A model generated the notes under the pieces. It saw nothing but the letters and a program-made list of their open reading frames with translations. It had not been told where the DNA came from and ran no database searches. From Dimorphilus gyrociliatus (taxonomy: Eukaryota > Animalia > Annelida), in contig CAJFCJ010000002.1 of the NCBI GenBank assembly GCA_904063045.1, forward strand, positions 1,054,001 to 1,118,000: a stretch of 64,000 bases of DNA, written 5' to 3'. A program made the translations under genes and the position numbers. This document shows, in pieces, positions 38,702-51,888 of this stretch (position 1 is the first letter of the stretch; each line of letters begins with the position of its first letter).

Positions 38702-40101
38702 TCAAAAAGTTGGTGATGTCGGCTCGCGTTCATGCTCACCTCTCATCATATGACTATAAAAATCGAATTTACTAGAGCACAACAGTCCGCAAACATTACA
38801 CATATAAGGGTTCGAATGACTGTGACATCCCATATGTAATGAGTGCATAACGGCATCCTCGAAAGTTATACCGCAGTATTGGCATTTCAATGTTGAAGAA
38901 TTGCCGCATTGAGTAGCAACAGTTTTACCGATATCTTCCTCATCGTTAACCTCTTCTCCGTCGTTTTCCGACATCCTTCGTTTTTTACCCCTTTTTACCG
39001 TTTCTCCACTTTCACGAGCATATTTCTGTGTCCATGCTGATTTTGGTCTATGAGGCCTTTGTTTGTCTTCGTTCGATTCGAGGAGATCTTTTAAAATACT
39101 CTTTGACCCGGATGTCGTAGCCGAATTTCCCTGTTCGGAATTGGGTGTAGAATTTTTCATGAACAAATGGTACCAATCGACTTGTTGTTTTTCTATTGGC
39201 CAGTAAAAAAAAGGAGATAGATAATTAATACTTGTGATACATATATATGTGAACTAGTTCAAAAATACGTTACACTTACGTTCGTGGAATTGCAAATGAC
39301 AAGCCATATTCTGTCGCATAATATATTGTCCGCATTTATTACAATTGAGGAGGTCATTTGGAGAATTTAGAGTTTTCTCTTCCTCCTTATTCTCCTCTGG
39401 TAATTTCCTTTCAAGCAAGACCTGTAATATAGCTGAACTTTTTAGCGAATGATTGGCCGGAATTTGCATTGGTGTGGATGTCGTATTCGGCAGTGTCTGT
39501 GTCAAAACAAAACAATTACCATTGTCCTATCCATATCCTTTTCTTATACCATTGCCCTCTGTTACGCAATATAGAATATATAAAAAATATACTGTATATA
39601 CGGTACACTTACGTACGTAAATTTAGACATCTATACACACACATAGACGATTCGTCGATAAGATAAGAAACCTCTTAAATGGGTCGCAATGTACTTTTAC
39701 ACAGAATGAGGACAAAAAAATCATTAAAATAGAGATTTCAACTATATGCTGATTATATATTTTATCCTCCATAAAGGACATTAATGCGAGCGTATGACAC
39801 ATCGGTTAAGCGATATCTCTTATTTTTTCTTTTCTTTTTTTTTATAGAGCTATCTGCTCTCCTTCGTGTTGAAATTCTATTTAATTATTATATAATTGGA
39901 TTGAATAACATTTATCTTGAGTAAGAATTAATGATTTTTGTTAAATATAAATATTATAAATAATTAAAAATAAACTTTAAGAATTCATACCTGCTTCGCT
40001 GCCCAATTACCATTTTGTTCCAGTTTTAGTTCACCTCGAACCTGTCTGGACTTTTGCAATGTTTTGCAGCCCGATTTATAAGCAAAATTGAACGCTCTCA
40101 T
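38702..40101 (-). CDS. C2H2 zinc-finger protein with Ikaros/Hunchback-type C-terminal dimerisation fingers
   Basis: Terminal pair CQYCGITFEDAVMHSLHMGCH..NPYMCNVCG..FYSHMMRGEH plus one internal finger CNKC...HLQFH. The first exon (39991-40101) is tentative. Confidence 0.75.
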
Positions 40102-40538
40102 TCGAAAATAGATGATTTTTACTCTCCTCTCCCTCAAACAGTTTAAACGAAATGAACTTCAGAGAACTTTGCACGGTTTACAATCTCCGTCTGCTAAATG
40201 TGTTCAAAGTTCGTTTGATTCCGGTGGTACGAGCCAACAATATCCAATCAGCTGTTAGGACTGAAGGTCATCTTTTGACTGGCTTTGTTTTGCTATAAAC
40301 AAATGGATGGACTTTAGTATTTACTGTATATAAAGTTTAGATGGGGAGACCCCTAGGTTGAAACTAGATTTATCTTCAGAAATCCAATAGAGGGAGATGT
40401 TGAATATGATTTTAAGTTTATCTTGTAGACTATAAATGCTATTAATAGATTTTTTATATACTACAATGGTTAATTAGAAACACTTTTAGAAACTATAAAT
40501 ATATGTGTATTGAGACGAAAAAAGCAGCAAAAAAGAAT

Positions 40539-41303
40539 TTACGACCTGGAATTCATTATAGGCATAAAATTAAGAAGTTGACTGTTCCACGCGGACAAAG
40601 AAGGAAGACAGAAAGAGGGAAAAGACGGATATGATTGATTTCTTCCACACTGAGCCAAATTGTCTATGTCAACGACCTTCGGTGGCGGATTAGGTATTGA
40701 GTCAAAAATATTCTTTCTTCGCGAACTTTCAATTGGTGAACGGTTCGATAAAAGGCTGTCAATCGTGAACAACTTCGACTTGCGAACTGTTTCTTCATCA
40801 GTTTCATCTTCCTCGTCACTACAAGACTCGTTGTCCAACTTTTGAATTTCGACCCCATTCTTTTTAGCATTTTGCTGCTGACCTTTTGGTCTTCTTTTTC
40901 TTCTCCGATAATTTCCGTTTTCAAACATCTCCTCACATTTAGCATCTAAAGTCCAGTAATTTCCTTTTCCGGGAGCGTTTTTATCTCTAGCGACTTTAAC
41001 GAAGCAATCGTTTAAAGACAAATTATGTCGAATCGAGTTCTGCCAGCCTTGTTTGTTGTCATGATAGTAAGGAAATCTTTCCATAATAAATTGATAAATT
41101 CCGGAAAGGGTAATCTTCCTGTCCGGTGCGTTTTTTATCGCCATTGCAATTAGAGCAATATATGAGTAAGGGGGCTTCTGAGCAGCACTTTCTAAACCTC
41201 TTCGGCTTGGTACACTCATAAAATAAGGGTTGACCGATAGTCTATGAGGAGTGTAGGGAGAGTAGGATAATCTGGAAGATAACAGAGCGGCGGATGGATC
41301 CAT
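40539..41303 (-). CDS. FOXL1: Forkhead box L1 transcription factor, intronless
   Basis: [19 protein letters not shown]...[30 protein letters not shown]...[15 protein letters not shown] carries FoxL1-diagnostic residues. EH1-like motif FTIDSLL. Confidence 0.9.
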   Translation of the reverse strand: MDPSAALLSSRLSYSPYTPHRLSVNPYFMSVPSRRGLESAAQKPPYSYIALIAMAIKNAPDRKITLSGIYQFIMERFPYYHDNKQGWQNSIRHNLSLNDCFVKVARDKNAPGKGNYWTLDAKCEEMFENGNYRRRKRRPKGQQQNAKKNGVEIQKLDNESCSDEEDETDEETVRKSKLFTIDSLLSNRSPIESSRRKNIFDSIPNPPPKVVDIDNLAQCGRNQSYPSFPSFCLPSLSAWNSQLLNFMPIMNSRS

Positions 41304-42699
41304 ATCGTTCGCTTTTCTAAAGCTTCTCAAAGTGAAAGCGCACCTTAATTATGGGCTGGAGCGTCAATCATAGGCGGAAACATTCTACCCGCCCTTGAGA
41401 CGACCAATCAGCATTGCCCTGAGACTCCGCCCCCAAACGCTTTTTTTATTTAGCTACAGTGGCAGCTAGTGAATCAACATTGACAAAAAAGAATGTAAAC
41501 AGCGTTCCTTTTAAGTCGAACAATGTAGTAAAATGGGTGCGGTTGCCGGAAGAGAGAAAGACGAGTATTTTTCAAGCAATTTTATTGTCTCAAATTACGG
41601 GGCGACCCGTTGAATTCGACACATCGTTCAGTCGAAAATTCATAGCAAAATGTTTTCATTTCGACTTTACTAAAGAAGGCGGCGTTTTGTTTGATGGCGT
41701 CCTTTTATCTTCTTATTATCCATTATCGTTCTGCCGCTGCTTTTAACGATTTGTTTTTCGAACGCTTTTCGCTTATAGCGGCTACTCTGTTGGTCGGCGT
41801 CCGATTGTTTATTGATTCAACGCGTAAACAAGGAGCCTGTTTCGAAAAGCGAGGGCGGGAGCTAATCAATTGCATAGTATCGACTATAATTATCCTCAGA
41901 GCGAGTTAAAGAAAAGCCATAAATATGTATGTGTATATTTAACGTGAGCATCGAACACTGGGCGGACATTCTACGAAAACACCAGCTTGTTGACTAAAGA
42001 TGAGCGGGCGTAAGAAAATATTGAAAGGCAAAGTGTTATCATAACATTACAGAGAATAACTGATAATACGGCTTCTGTAAATAAAAATGCAAGAAATTCA
42101 ATACGGGTGACACGGCCTTAGCTGCTACCGTGTTTGACCGCGATTCGATTGCTTGAAGGCAGCATCGTTTTATCGTGTCAGGATTGTTATATACACTAAA
42201 AAGCAAAATATTCTCTCCGAAAATATGATAATAATAATAATATCACGATAACAACAATAAATTTGTAATACCAATACTGGCAATAAAAATGGGTAAATAG
42301 TCATAAAACTTTTATCGAATGTTAACTGGAAAGTAATTTATTAATTAATTAGTCGTAAAGTATTTAACGACTATTAACAGGAAATTAGTAGGCGTATTAC
42401 GATAATACTCGGTTTACTTAAGTAGACACTCTTAAATCCGACGGAAATTCTAGCATCTCGCACCTTCAACCTCCGGCGTAAACATTACTAATACTGTCGC
42501 CAAACCGTTGCCTTTTCGAATATTGACAATAAGCAAATCGCATATAAATTGAAGCAACTCGTGTATATAGGCTGTATTTATCTACCTACAATGGACGCAT
42601 TTAACAATGTTTCCCGTTTAACTTTGCCGTTGAAATTGTATGTTTAGATTGGCAAGCGAATACAAGGCGAGAGTTTGGCGCGAAAGTTTGTTTGCTTAC

Positions 42700-42702
42700 A
42701 TT

Positions 42703-42734
<32 letters not shown>

Positions 42735-42935
42735 TATATATGCTCTTCCCGAGTAATATATATATATATACTATATGGACTGTATATCTAAAGCATATAT
42801 TGAAGACATATTTTCAAATATATTTTATATATATATATATTATATATTATATATTATTTTATACTGTATATTATATATATATATATATACTGTATATATG
42901 CTGTATATATAGTCTATATATTGTATACATATTTT
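42700..42935. repeat. (TA)n-rich low-complexity tract
   Basis: Degenerate tatata array. Confidence 0.9.
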
Positions 42936-44159
42936 ATTAAGAAAAGATAGCTATTTTGAAAATATTTCAATTAAAACTTTTGTGTAATGTGTATTAAAAA
43001 TAATTCTACAGGACTAATACACTTGATCATAAATACCATATACAAACAATGTATTTAAGAGTTATATTTTATCTCTATAGTCGTTTATTCATTGAATCAC
43101 TGAAGGGTTCTTATATTTTCTATTGCATTAGTCGTTGGATAAACGAAGTTTACTCAAATCAATTAGATAGTTTATTGATAGATATACCAGACTGACAAAT
43201 GTACCAAACAGAGTATACGGTTAACATTAAATATATTATTTATATAAACATTCTATATATATAGAAAGTCTCGTTCTATAATTATATTTTGTAAACAGAA
43301 ATTTGTTCTGAATAGGCTAATCCGCCGATTCCTATTACCTGAGCCTTTACGTAATCGAAAGGGAAAATGGCGTGCGGATAATGAAGTGAATGAGTGTAAA
43401 GGAGCAGAGTAAACATTGTTACTGAGTTATATTTAATTTGTTTGCACACATTAAAGAATTTTTGTAGAAAGACGAGTAAACATTTATTTAAACGTTGTTT
43501 CTTTTATATAAAAGCAAGTATATATATACTTTGTCGATTCATAAATGTGTAAAAAGTACAACAGAAATAGTTGATAAATTAGAAATATACATACAAGGTA
43601 TTTTTGTTTTTAAAGGTAAAAGGAGTAAAATTCTTTAAAATTATTCTTTGTCTTGCAAAAGTATAAAACGATTCGATTTACAGCAGTATAAATAATTAGT
43701 TTATGGAAGGAATGAAAGCAAGTAAAAGAGCATTGAAAGCTCAGTTTGCCCCTAGCAAAATTTTGTCGTACAACAATCGCCTCTTTCAGGCAATATTTGT
43801 AAAAGATTTACGGCTAAACAGCCGCTAGGAACGTCTTTTTTATCTAACTAAAATCCGTAATTCGGTACAAGACGGAGGGCGATTATTGACGCTGCTGAAT
43901 AATTGATGAGACAAAACATTTTCTTGCAAGCGTTATGAAAACAATGACGTTAGGGCGAAAATGGTGTTGTTGGAAAAAAGAACATTTATTTGTTTGTACG
44001 AGCGATGCGACGAACGACCGAATTTCCGTAAATTTAGAACGAATCGATCGCTATGTTTGTTTAAATGAGGAAATTATGTTTATTCGAACGATTTGCTTTG
44101 CATTCTTTGTTTCCTTCTCTTCTTCTTATAGACTGTATATTATATTGAGTATGCGGTAT

Positions 44160-44245
44160 GCATTTGAATATATATACTTGTATATATATAAATATAGTAT
44201 ATATGCGGTATATATTTATATATATATAGTATGTATATAAATATA
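44160..44245. repeat. (TA)n-rich low-complexity tract
   Basis: Degenerate tatata array. Confidence 0.8.
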
Positions 44246-44435
44246 TGAATACAATATTCCAGTCTATTCTTTATAGAAATGTTGAAAGAAAGAGTATTCG
44301 ATTTTTTCTATATTTATTCTTTATATTAAGGAAATTGTGCATAACATTTATTACATTATATTTTTTGAATATATTATCTTTGTACTGTAATTGTACAACA
44401 AAAGAATAAAGAAAAGTAGTAAAATTTCATATCAC

Positions 44436-47400
44436 TTATTCGATTCCGAAACCTTCCGAGTTCTCTATGGCTATTAATAGCTTATTCTTTAAAACCCTCT
44501 TTGAATTGTAAACGGGTAAGATAAGTTGATTAAAGCAAGTATGCGCCATTGGTAACATTTGTGTATTTTCAACTTTGGTAATTTTTAAGGTCATTTCGCT
44601 CATTCCTCCAACAGGTATCCTATCAGAACCTGTTGTAAATAATAAAAACTTCTTTTGTAAAGATCTTGGTAGAGAGATTATAATATCCCATAGATGGCGT
44701 ATTGTCGATTCATCTGACTTATAGCCATCGTAGGTTGCCACTTTTCGTAATTCTCTCATATCGATAGACGGATCTCCACAAACAAGCATTTCAACTTCTT
44801 CCGGTCGAAGCATAATTAGCGCGTTTGATGCGCAGACAGAGTGAAAGCCATGATAAAATGCTTGAAAATGTGAATAAATTGACCTGTTAAGGGCATAGTC
44901 AATGTATAACTGCACATATTCCTTCCTATTTTCATTTGTAACTGCTATATTTTTTCCATTTTTCTTTAAATCAAATGTATGCAGGGTTCCAACTTGAGTG
45001 AATGAAGCTTGAAACGACATTCCAAAATCATCCTGAACATCTCCTTCGTACTCAAGGAGATCACGTAATCCCTTGGCGACATCCGGTTGAACTTGAGCAA
45101 AGTCGTGGAGGGTAAAGGGTGCGACACCAACAACAGCTTTAGGATTATTATAAGGTACAACGGCTGGATTTAAAAGCTTCTTGTAACAACAGGGAGGAAA
45201 TCGGATATCTAAGTTAATACTGTTGTACACTGCTAGGCCCATAAGGACCCCGACTAGATTAAACTCTTGATAATTGTCACAAGGTACAGATGAAAACCAA
45301 AAAACTCTAGCTTTATGGTTATAGGTGAACATTCCATAATCTGGTTGAAAAATCTGCTTGATTAATAGAAGGAACCATTCCTTTGTCAGTCCTCCCATAT
45401 CCAAACCTGGCTCTCCGGCGAATGTTACTTTAAGTTTCTTTTTTAAATCGTGTTGCTTTCGTGCAATTTCATTCAAAGAATCGGAAACAAGATGAGAGCG
45501 CCTAACCGTAAGATTAAGAAACAACATTCCTATATCTGGCATTTGTTTATTTTGAACTTTGGCAACCAAACTTCTCCTTGCCATTACGATCATCTGCTGT
45601 TCTGAATCTCTTTGTAAAATTGTTCTTTTAGCAGTTATACTCAGGACAAAGGGATATTGACAGAAGGAAAATGATGAAGAGGAGGCAGAAGAAGGATTTT
45701 GCCAAGCAAAGTATTCGGCCATTAAATCAAGCAGATCTAGGGTTGGATTATAAAAGTTGGTAAATGAAACTGTCGGCCTATGGCCTAAGTCATTTGCAGC
45801 ATTTAATAAAGCTAAGCTTTTTATTGCACTTGGAATCCACCAAGAGCTTTTCGAGATTGGCGGTAGTTCAGCAGGACGGGCAGGAAAGAGTCGCGTTGAA
45901 ATAAAACTATGCAGCCTGCGTACAACCGCTTTAAATCTAGCACTCTCTAATTTCCTTAACCAATGCACCAGGTAATGGTGTTCATGATCGGTAAGAGAGG
46001 CCACCTGCCGGAGAAGGTGAGCGAATATTACATATGTAGATATATTACTGAACTGAGGATTCTGGATAAGAATCACATACGCTCGAAGGTCATCTTTTGT
46101 TCTAGGACTGTTTAAATATTGTTGAAGTATTTAGCATATCAATAATTTGCATTATGTAGTGTTGAACTTAAAAAATACTTACAAATGACGACCCCCTGAA
46201 TCCTCTAGTTGCCTGTCCTTTAACAGGCAATTTATAATACTTTTTAGCAGTTGTTTTTGACCATCTTGCGGCTGTAAATAAGTAATATGTCTACATCTAA
46301 ATAATAACTTTCAAAAGCTAAATATTGAACGAAAACGTTAATAAACGAGATTATTATAGTTTCATGAACAACAGCTCACTTAAAACCTTAAATGTTCATC
46401 GACAAAATAATAATTTTACATATATAAAAAGTTCCTTACCAGATTGACTAATTGATCATAAACCTGATTCACTAATTCTAAATTTATTCCACTATCGTCA
46501 ATACTTTTGTACTCTTTCTTAGCTTCTTTCTGCGAATAGATTAGATATCATTAGAACGACAAAACCATTATTTAAATATAATAAATGGATTGTCAACAAT
46601 CCACAACTTTCGTATATTATTTAAATTTTCATTTCATAAAATTCGTTTGTCTTAGTACTGAAATGCATTGTTATTAAAAGTTCTATAATCATATGTGAAC
46701 TAAAAATAAAAAATCATTAATTTATATTTATATACACTGTAAATCACCTCCTTTAATTATTACACGTTAAAGAGTAAAGGCTTTCAGGGGATGGGAAAGT
46801 GAAATAAGAGCAAATCTTTCAGTTAAAATTAAAAAATTTCTGTAATAATTTATTAGCTTAAAGGGAAGTATTCATCAGAATTGATTAATCGAAGAAGCTA
46901 GAATCAGGATATTCAGATTTATATCTTAGTCTACCATATTTAATTGTTGAAAAGACTTACTTTAAACGCCCAGTTGATCTCTTTGAATGATTCAAATGCA
47001 GTCACATAATAAGACGATACGTCTGACCATTTCCCTTCTTTTTCAGCCTTTGTAAATTCCTCTTTAAGCTTGTCAGAAGACCATCTGGGAGCCCTTGGAG
47101 ACGCAGAACGTCTATCAGAAGCTGTAGAATCCGGACGGTGTGCTGGTTGTTCAACTGTCAAACGCCCTGATGGACTGATTGGTGGGAGTCGTTCTTCTTC
47201 AGAGGACTTTGCTCGGCGAAAAAAATTCGAAAAGATCCGAGTACGCCTATTCTGCATTGCAATATGGTCGATACATAACTGATCAATCGTCTCTATATAA
47301 ATTTCTCAAATCGATTTAGTTCTATATAGCTCTTGTGAATCAATATCAAACACAGTACAAACCTTAGTCTTTCTAGTGGATACTGTTGTTGCTAGATTAG

Positions 47401-47518
47401 ATGAACTTGGGTTTAAAAAGCTCCCACAGTATGGACATAAAGTTCTTCTAGAGCCAGCATTTTGTGTTACTGGTTTTTCACAGGTTGAACAATCGAAAAT
47501 TGTTCGGTCTTCATCCAT
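44436..47518 (-). CDS. HECTD2: HECT E3 ubiquitin ligase HECTD2
   Basis: FSFCQYPFVLS, LKKKLKVTFAGEPGLDMGGLTKEWF, FTTGSDRIP and catalytic AHTCFNQL..EGFGIE*. N-terminal CxxC...CPYC exon. Confidence 0.92.
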
Positions 47519-47738
47519 CCATTCGCAGCTATTGATTATCAAACCGTTGAAAAATTCACAAGTTGCGTCGTGTTGTCAAGGCATCAATCGAGCGCCCGCT
47601 AGATGGCAATTAAACTGAAGCCTATTTAAATGCTTCCAGATTCTCATTTGAAAATGATTTATTTAAGCTTTGACATTTGGCACGGTTTTTGACTATATTA
47701 ACTATATCAATTCTAGAATTACTACAGACATTTAAAAT

Positions 47739-48398
47739 TCATAGCCTACAAGGAACAAGCCCTTTGCAACATTTGAAAAATTGGGAATTATAAGCTATCG
47801 TGCCGCAGCACATATCATTTTTCGAGTGACGCCTTAAGAGAATTCCATCACAGCAGATCAATCCTCCTCTTACATTTCTACTAGAATATGCCCATCTCCC
47901 GCAGCACTCTCCTTGAGACCGTCCATATTGAATTACGTTGTTACAGCACAAATCCCTTTTTTTATCATAGACCCTATTACCACAACAGGCAGTACTATCC
48001 CCCGAAATTTTTCTTCTGACTTTTCCATTGCAACAAACGCTTGTATCCTCTCTGTATGCAGCACCATTGCAACATCTCCATTCGTTTGGATGATGTCCTT
48101 TGAATTCAATTCCCTCGCAACAAATACTTTCGGTTCTATTGTATTCGACATTTGAGCAGCAATCTTCTTTTCCTGAACGAGCATATACTGCTTCTTGACA
48201 GCAAATAAATCTACTTCCCAAATATTGACCACTTTTGCACGAGGCTATGTAAATTTGTCAAACATTAATTGTATACTTATCATGGTTATGAATGTGCATT
48301 CTATAATTAACAATTAACTTACATCTTTTAACCCTCAACAGAGTTGCATTGAAAATAGGAAAAGCCATCAGTAGTAAGAGCAACGACCCCGATCCCAT
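47739..48398 (-). CDS. Secreted galaxin-like di-cysteine repeat protein, 2 exons (48323-48398, 47739-48244)
   Basis: Signal peptide MGSGSLLLLLMAFPIFNA, RVKR processing site, then 11 CC doublets at regular spacing of about 13-17 aa. Confidence 0.8.
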
Positions 48399-48835
48399 CG
48401 TTTCTGATTGTGCAACAGCAACATTACAAGCGCCATCTATTGGTATCTTCATACAATCAGCTCATTCTCGAAATGAAATGTAACGATTGTTGTATTATTA
48501 CAATGTGCATAATAAATAGTAATAATGAAGCAAAAATAATAAAAAGACGTTCATCTTTAAAAATCACTTGTTGAACTAATGTTCTAGTATTATAGACTGG
48601 CTCAATACGATAAAACGACTGAAAGGACATATTTAATAGTAGTATTATAATAAAAGGCACAATACTAAACCAGACAACTATCATTCTGTGCAAGAAAAAC
48701 ATTCATAATTCACATTTAATAGTTTATTTCCAAATGTTATTTTTGTATCAATTCTATAAATACTGGTAATACTAGAAAAGATTCATCATACACTATTCAG
48801 TATATATAATAAAATAGCTTAAATTAAATGTACAG

Positions 48836-48903
48836 NNNNNNNNNNNNNNNNNNNNNNNNNNNNNNNNNNNNNNNNNNNNNNNNNNNNNNNNNNNNNNNNN
48901 NNN
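48836..48903. other. Assembly gap (68 N)
   Basis: Run of n characters. Confidence 1.
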
Positions 48904-49152
48904 TAAACGACGTCGACACACCCTTTTATTTAAATGGCCTTTTGTGGCCTGTGCGCTATTTTTTTGCAAAGTGCCAACAATATTACTGTATGTACGTATG
49001 GCCTGCATTATGACAAAACAGTAGTGACTAACCTGTGCCTTAAAAGAGTATAGTTACAATTTACGGAAGAGAAAACCTAAAAGGGCGTAAAAAGAAAAGA
49101 AAAGTAAAGGCGTCATCTTTAAATAATTGAAGATAGATCTCAGTATTTTCAA

Positions 49153-49438
49153 ATGTTGAATTTTTTTCGTAACTTGTTCCGTTCGAAACATTCAAAATCT
49201 CAGAAGAAATCGTCGAAAAAGGAGGTTAGCGAAATATTTACTTTCATTATTTTTTTAAACCTAATGGTATTAAACAATTTTTCATCTATATAGACTTATT
49301 GAATAACTATTTTAGTTATACAATTTTAATTTGAAAACTTTGCCTATATCATGAATAATCTATTGTCTTAAATCTATTTAGTTTATAGAATTACTAGATA
49401 AGGATATGCTGGATTAGGTTTCAAAAAATTTTTCTCTC

Positions 49439-49475
<37 letters not shown>

Positions 49476-51420
49476 TTTTGTCAACTTGTTTACCTCTATA
49501 TAGTAGTGCAATACATATTATCATTTGTCTTAGAAAGCGAATGAGGAACAAGACGATGGAATACATGCTGTGTTCACGCCATTCGATCCAGATCAGGCTA
49601 TTGGTATTGGAGGTAATCTCGATGATATAAGAAATACAGAATTGCTTGAAAATCGTGCTCATAAAGATAGATCAAAAATTCGGCAAAAAGTTAGACCTCC
49701 TACATTTCTTCATAATCGTCAGGTAATTATTACTTATTAAACATAAATATTATCATCAATTAAGTAATTTACACATTGTTGCTTTTGTTTTTTCAAGGCT
49801 GTGGTGTTGAAAAATGAAAGAATTGGTAATGAATCTACAGTTGAGACTACTAAAACTGACTCCAAATCGTTACCTGAAAATTCTTTAGTTAAGGAAGAAA
49901 GTAATAAAGAAATAGAACCTAATACAAACTTGCAAGAATTAGGTTCAAAGTCACATTCTCCGGTGAACTCTGTAATTGAGGAGCAGACAAAGGCTGACGA
50001 AAGTGGCAATAGAAAGGAGGACAATACTGATGATGATAGTAACTCTGACGATAAAGGGAGAAAATCCTTCTCCGAGAATAGTAAGTTACTAATACATTGC
50101 TATAAAATATAATAAAATTTAAATGCCGTTTGTTACAGATGATCCTATTCCTGTCGTCAACACTTCTGTCATCCTGCTTGCCGAAGATGTGCACAAAGAA
50201 GAAGATAGAATTCATGAACAAAATGTTACAAGTATAACAGTTGAAGAAAAAATTATAAATCAGATCGATGAAAAGGAAAGTACACAAGAGTCAGGCCCTA
50301 CTGTTGTTGCAATTGACGTTTACGAAAGAAAAGAGACCTTATCTACCAGTGAGGATGAGAAGTCTGTAGCTGAAGTTGAGCCTGAGAAAGAGAGTGAGAC
50401 TGAAGCGCCAACGCCAGTTCTCGATCAAGCTAGTACGAACACAATTGAAATAAGTTCCAGTAGAACCTCTGAGATCCAACAACCTAACAATACTGTCTAT
50501 GATAATATCACAATTAAACAGCCGGTTACGAAAGCTCCTTCATTTTCCCAAAAATCTAGGCAAATGGAATCTACCGTTGAACTAAGAGAACCAAAATCTT
50601 CAATGTTTAATCAAGAGGAAGAACAGCATGAAGATAACTCTGAGCCCGTTGTTAGATATAGAGAGAAGTCTGTTGTAAAAAGTTCAGTTGAAGAAGAGCC
50701 TGATACCGAGAAGCCAGCTTGGGTAGCTATGGCTTTGAAAAGGTCTTCAATTTGGAAAGATCCCGACGAAGAGTCATCCGCTGTTAACCCTTCAAAAGAC
50801 GAAAATGTTGAAAATAAACCACCTAATGTGGAGAGTTCCGAAAATAAGCCAAGAACGAAACCTGCAATTAATAAACCTAAACCCTCTTTTATACCGAAAG
50901 ATACAGCAGAAGAGCCCCTCTTTCAAAAGAATCAAGGAGCAGATATAGTGAAACCTAGTGATCTTCGAAAAACAAAATCTATAAAAGCGGCAGCGTCTCC
51001 GAGATTAAATCGTCAGAGTGCACCAGCGGTAGTATCTAAGAATTTCACATATTTATTTTGTTTAAAGCGTACTTTCCTCTCTTAATTATTTTCCTTTTCA
51101 TTAAAAACTCTGTTTATCTAGAAGCTGAACTCGTTTTTGCCCGAAACGGACTAACTTCAGAGCTTAGGTTTTTTTTAACAGTTTTTTTTTCCACTTCTGA
51201 ATAAGCTTTGTAATCCGATAATCCTTATCACCTATCCTTATATTTTGCAAATTAATTTAAAACCGTATTTACAAAATTAAATACCGTTCATTAATAAGTT
51301 TTCAACTACTTTTAGGTTGAAAGGCCGTTGGAAGAAAATTCTACCGAGACAAACGCTAAACAAACGGGAAAACCTTCCAGGGTTTCTAGTTTAACTAAAA
51401 AGTGGGAAAGTGTTCGATAA
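49153..51420 (+). CDS. Acidic disordered protein with capping-protein-interaction-like motif (CRACD/KIAA1211-like), multi-exon
   Basis: Spliced ORFs include LENRAHKDRSKIRQKVRPPT, KPAWVAMALKRSSIWKD and terminal RVSSLTKKWESVR*. Confidence 0.6.
49433..49470. repeat. (CT)n microsatellite in intron
   Basis: ctctct run. Confidence 0.9.
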
Positions 51421-51888
51421 AATTGAAAAACCGTTGCTTTTGTTTTTATTATTTTTAGCATTCATAATTTTTGAATCAAATCTAATTTGACTATGAAATT
51501 TGACAAGTTATTTGCTGTTTTTTATAATATTAATGTAAATCTTTATTGTAATTATACTAAATATATTATGGAATTGAATTTAGCAGTCCGAAGATTAACA
51601 AAGTTAAATAGTGGTCACTTAAGACATTTATCTATTCTGTTCTACTGAAAGTTATTTAGGTTAATCACGTTATATTTCACACGTGTTCTGAAGGCTAGAT
51701 ATTCAGAAATGTAATTATGGGCTAAAGTGTAAAGTCTATTAATAATTGAGCAAAATTTTGATGTTTCAACTTTGAACGCATCAAACAAAGTTTAAGTATT
51801 AGGATACCAAAACAAAACTGGTAGTTATAGTGTTTTACTCAACCGTTTATTAATAATCCTATTCTATTGGGAAAAAAACCTAAGAAAA

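Noticed and set aside
39498-39520. Possible 23-nt intron after ATGGATAGGACAATG in the zinc-finger gene
   Set aside because: Too short for a spliceosomal intron; the upstream donor at 39990 gives an in-frame alternative.
42489-42498. TAATACTGTC resembling the miR-8/200 5' end
   Set aside because: The match stops after 10 nt and I see no complementary hairpin arm.
48793-49013. ORFs spanning the N run
   Set aside because: They are open only because of the assembly gap.
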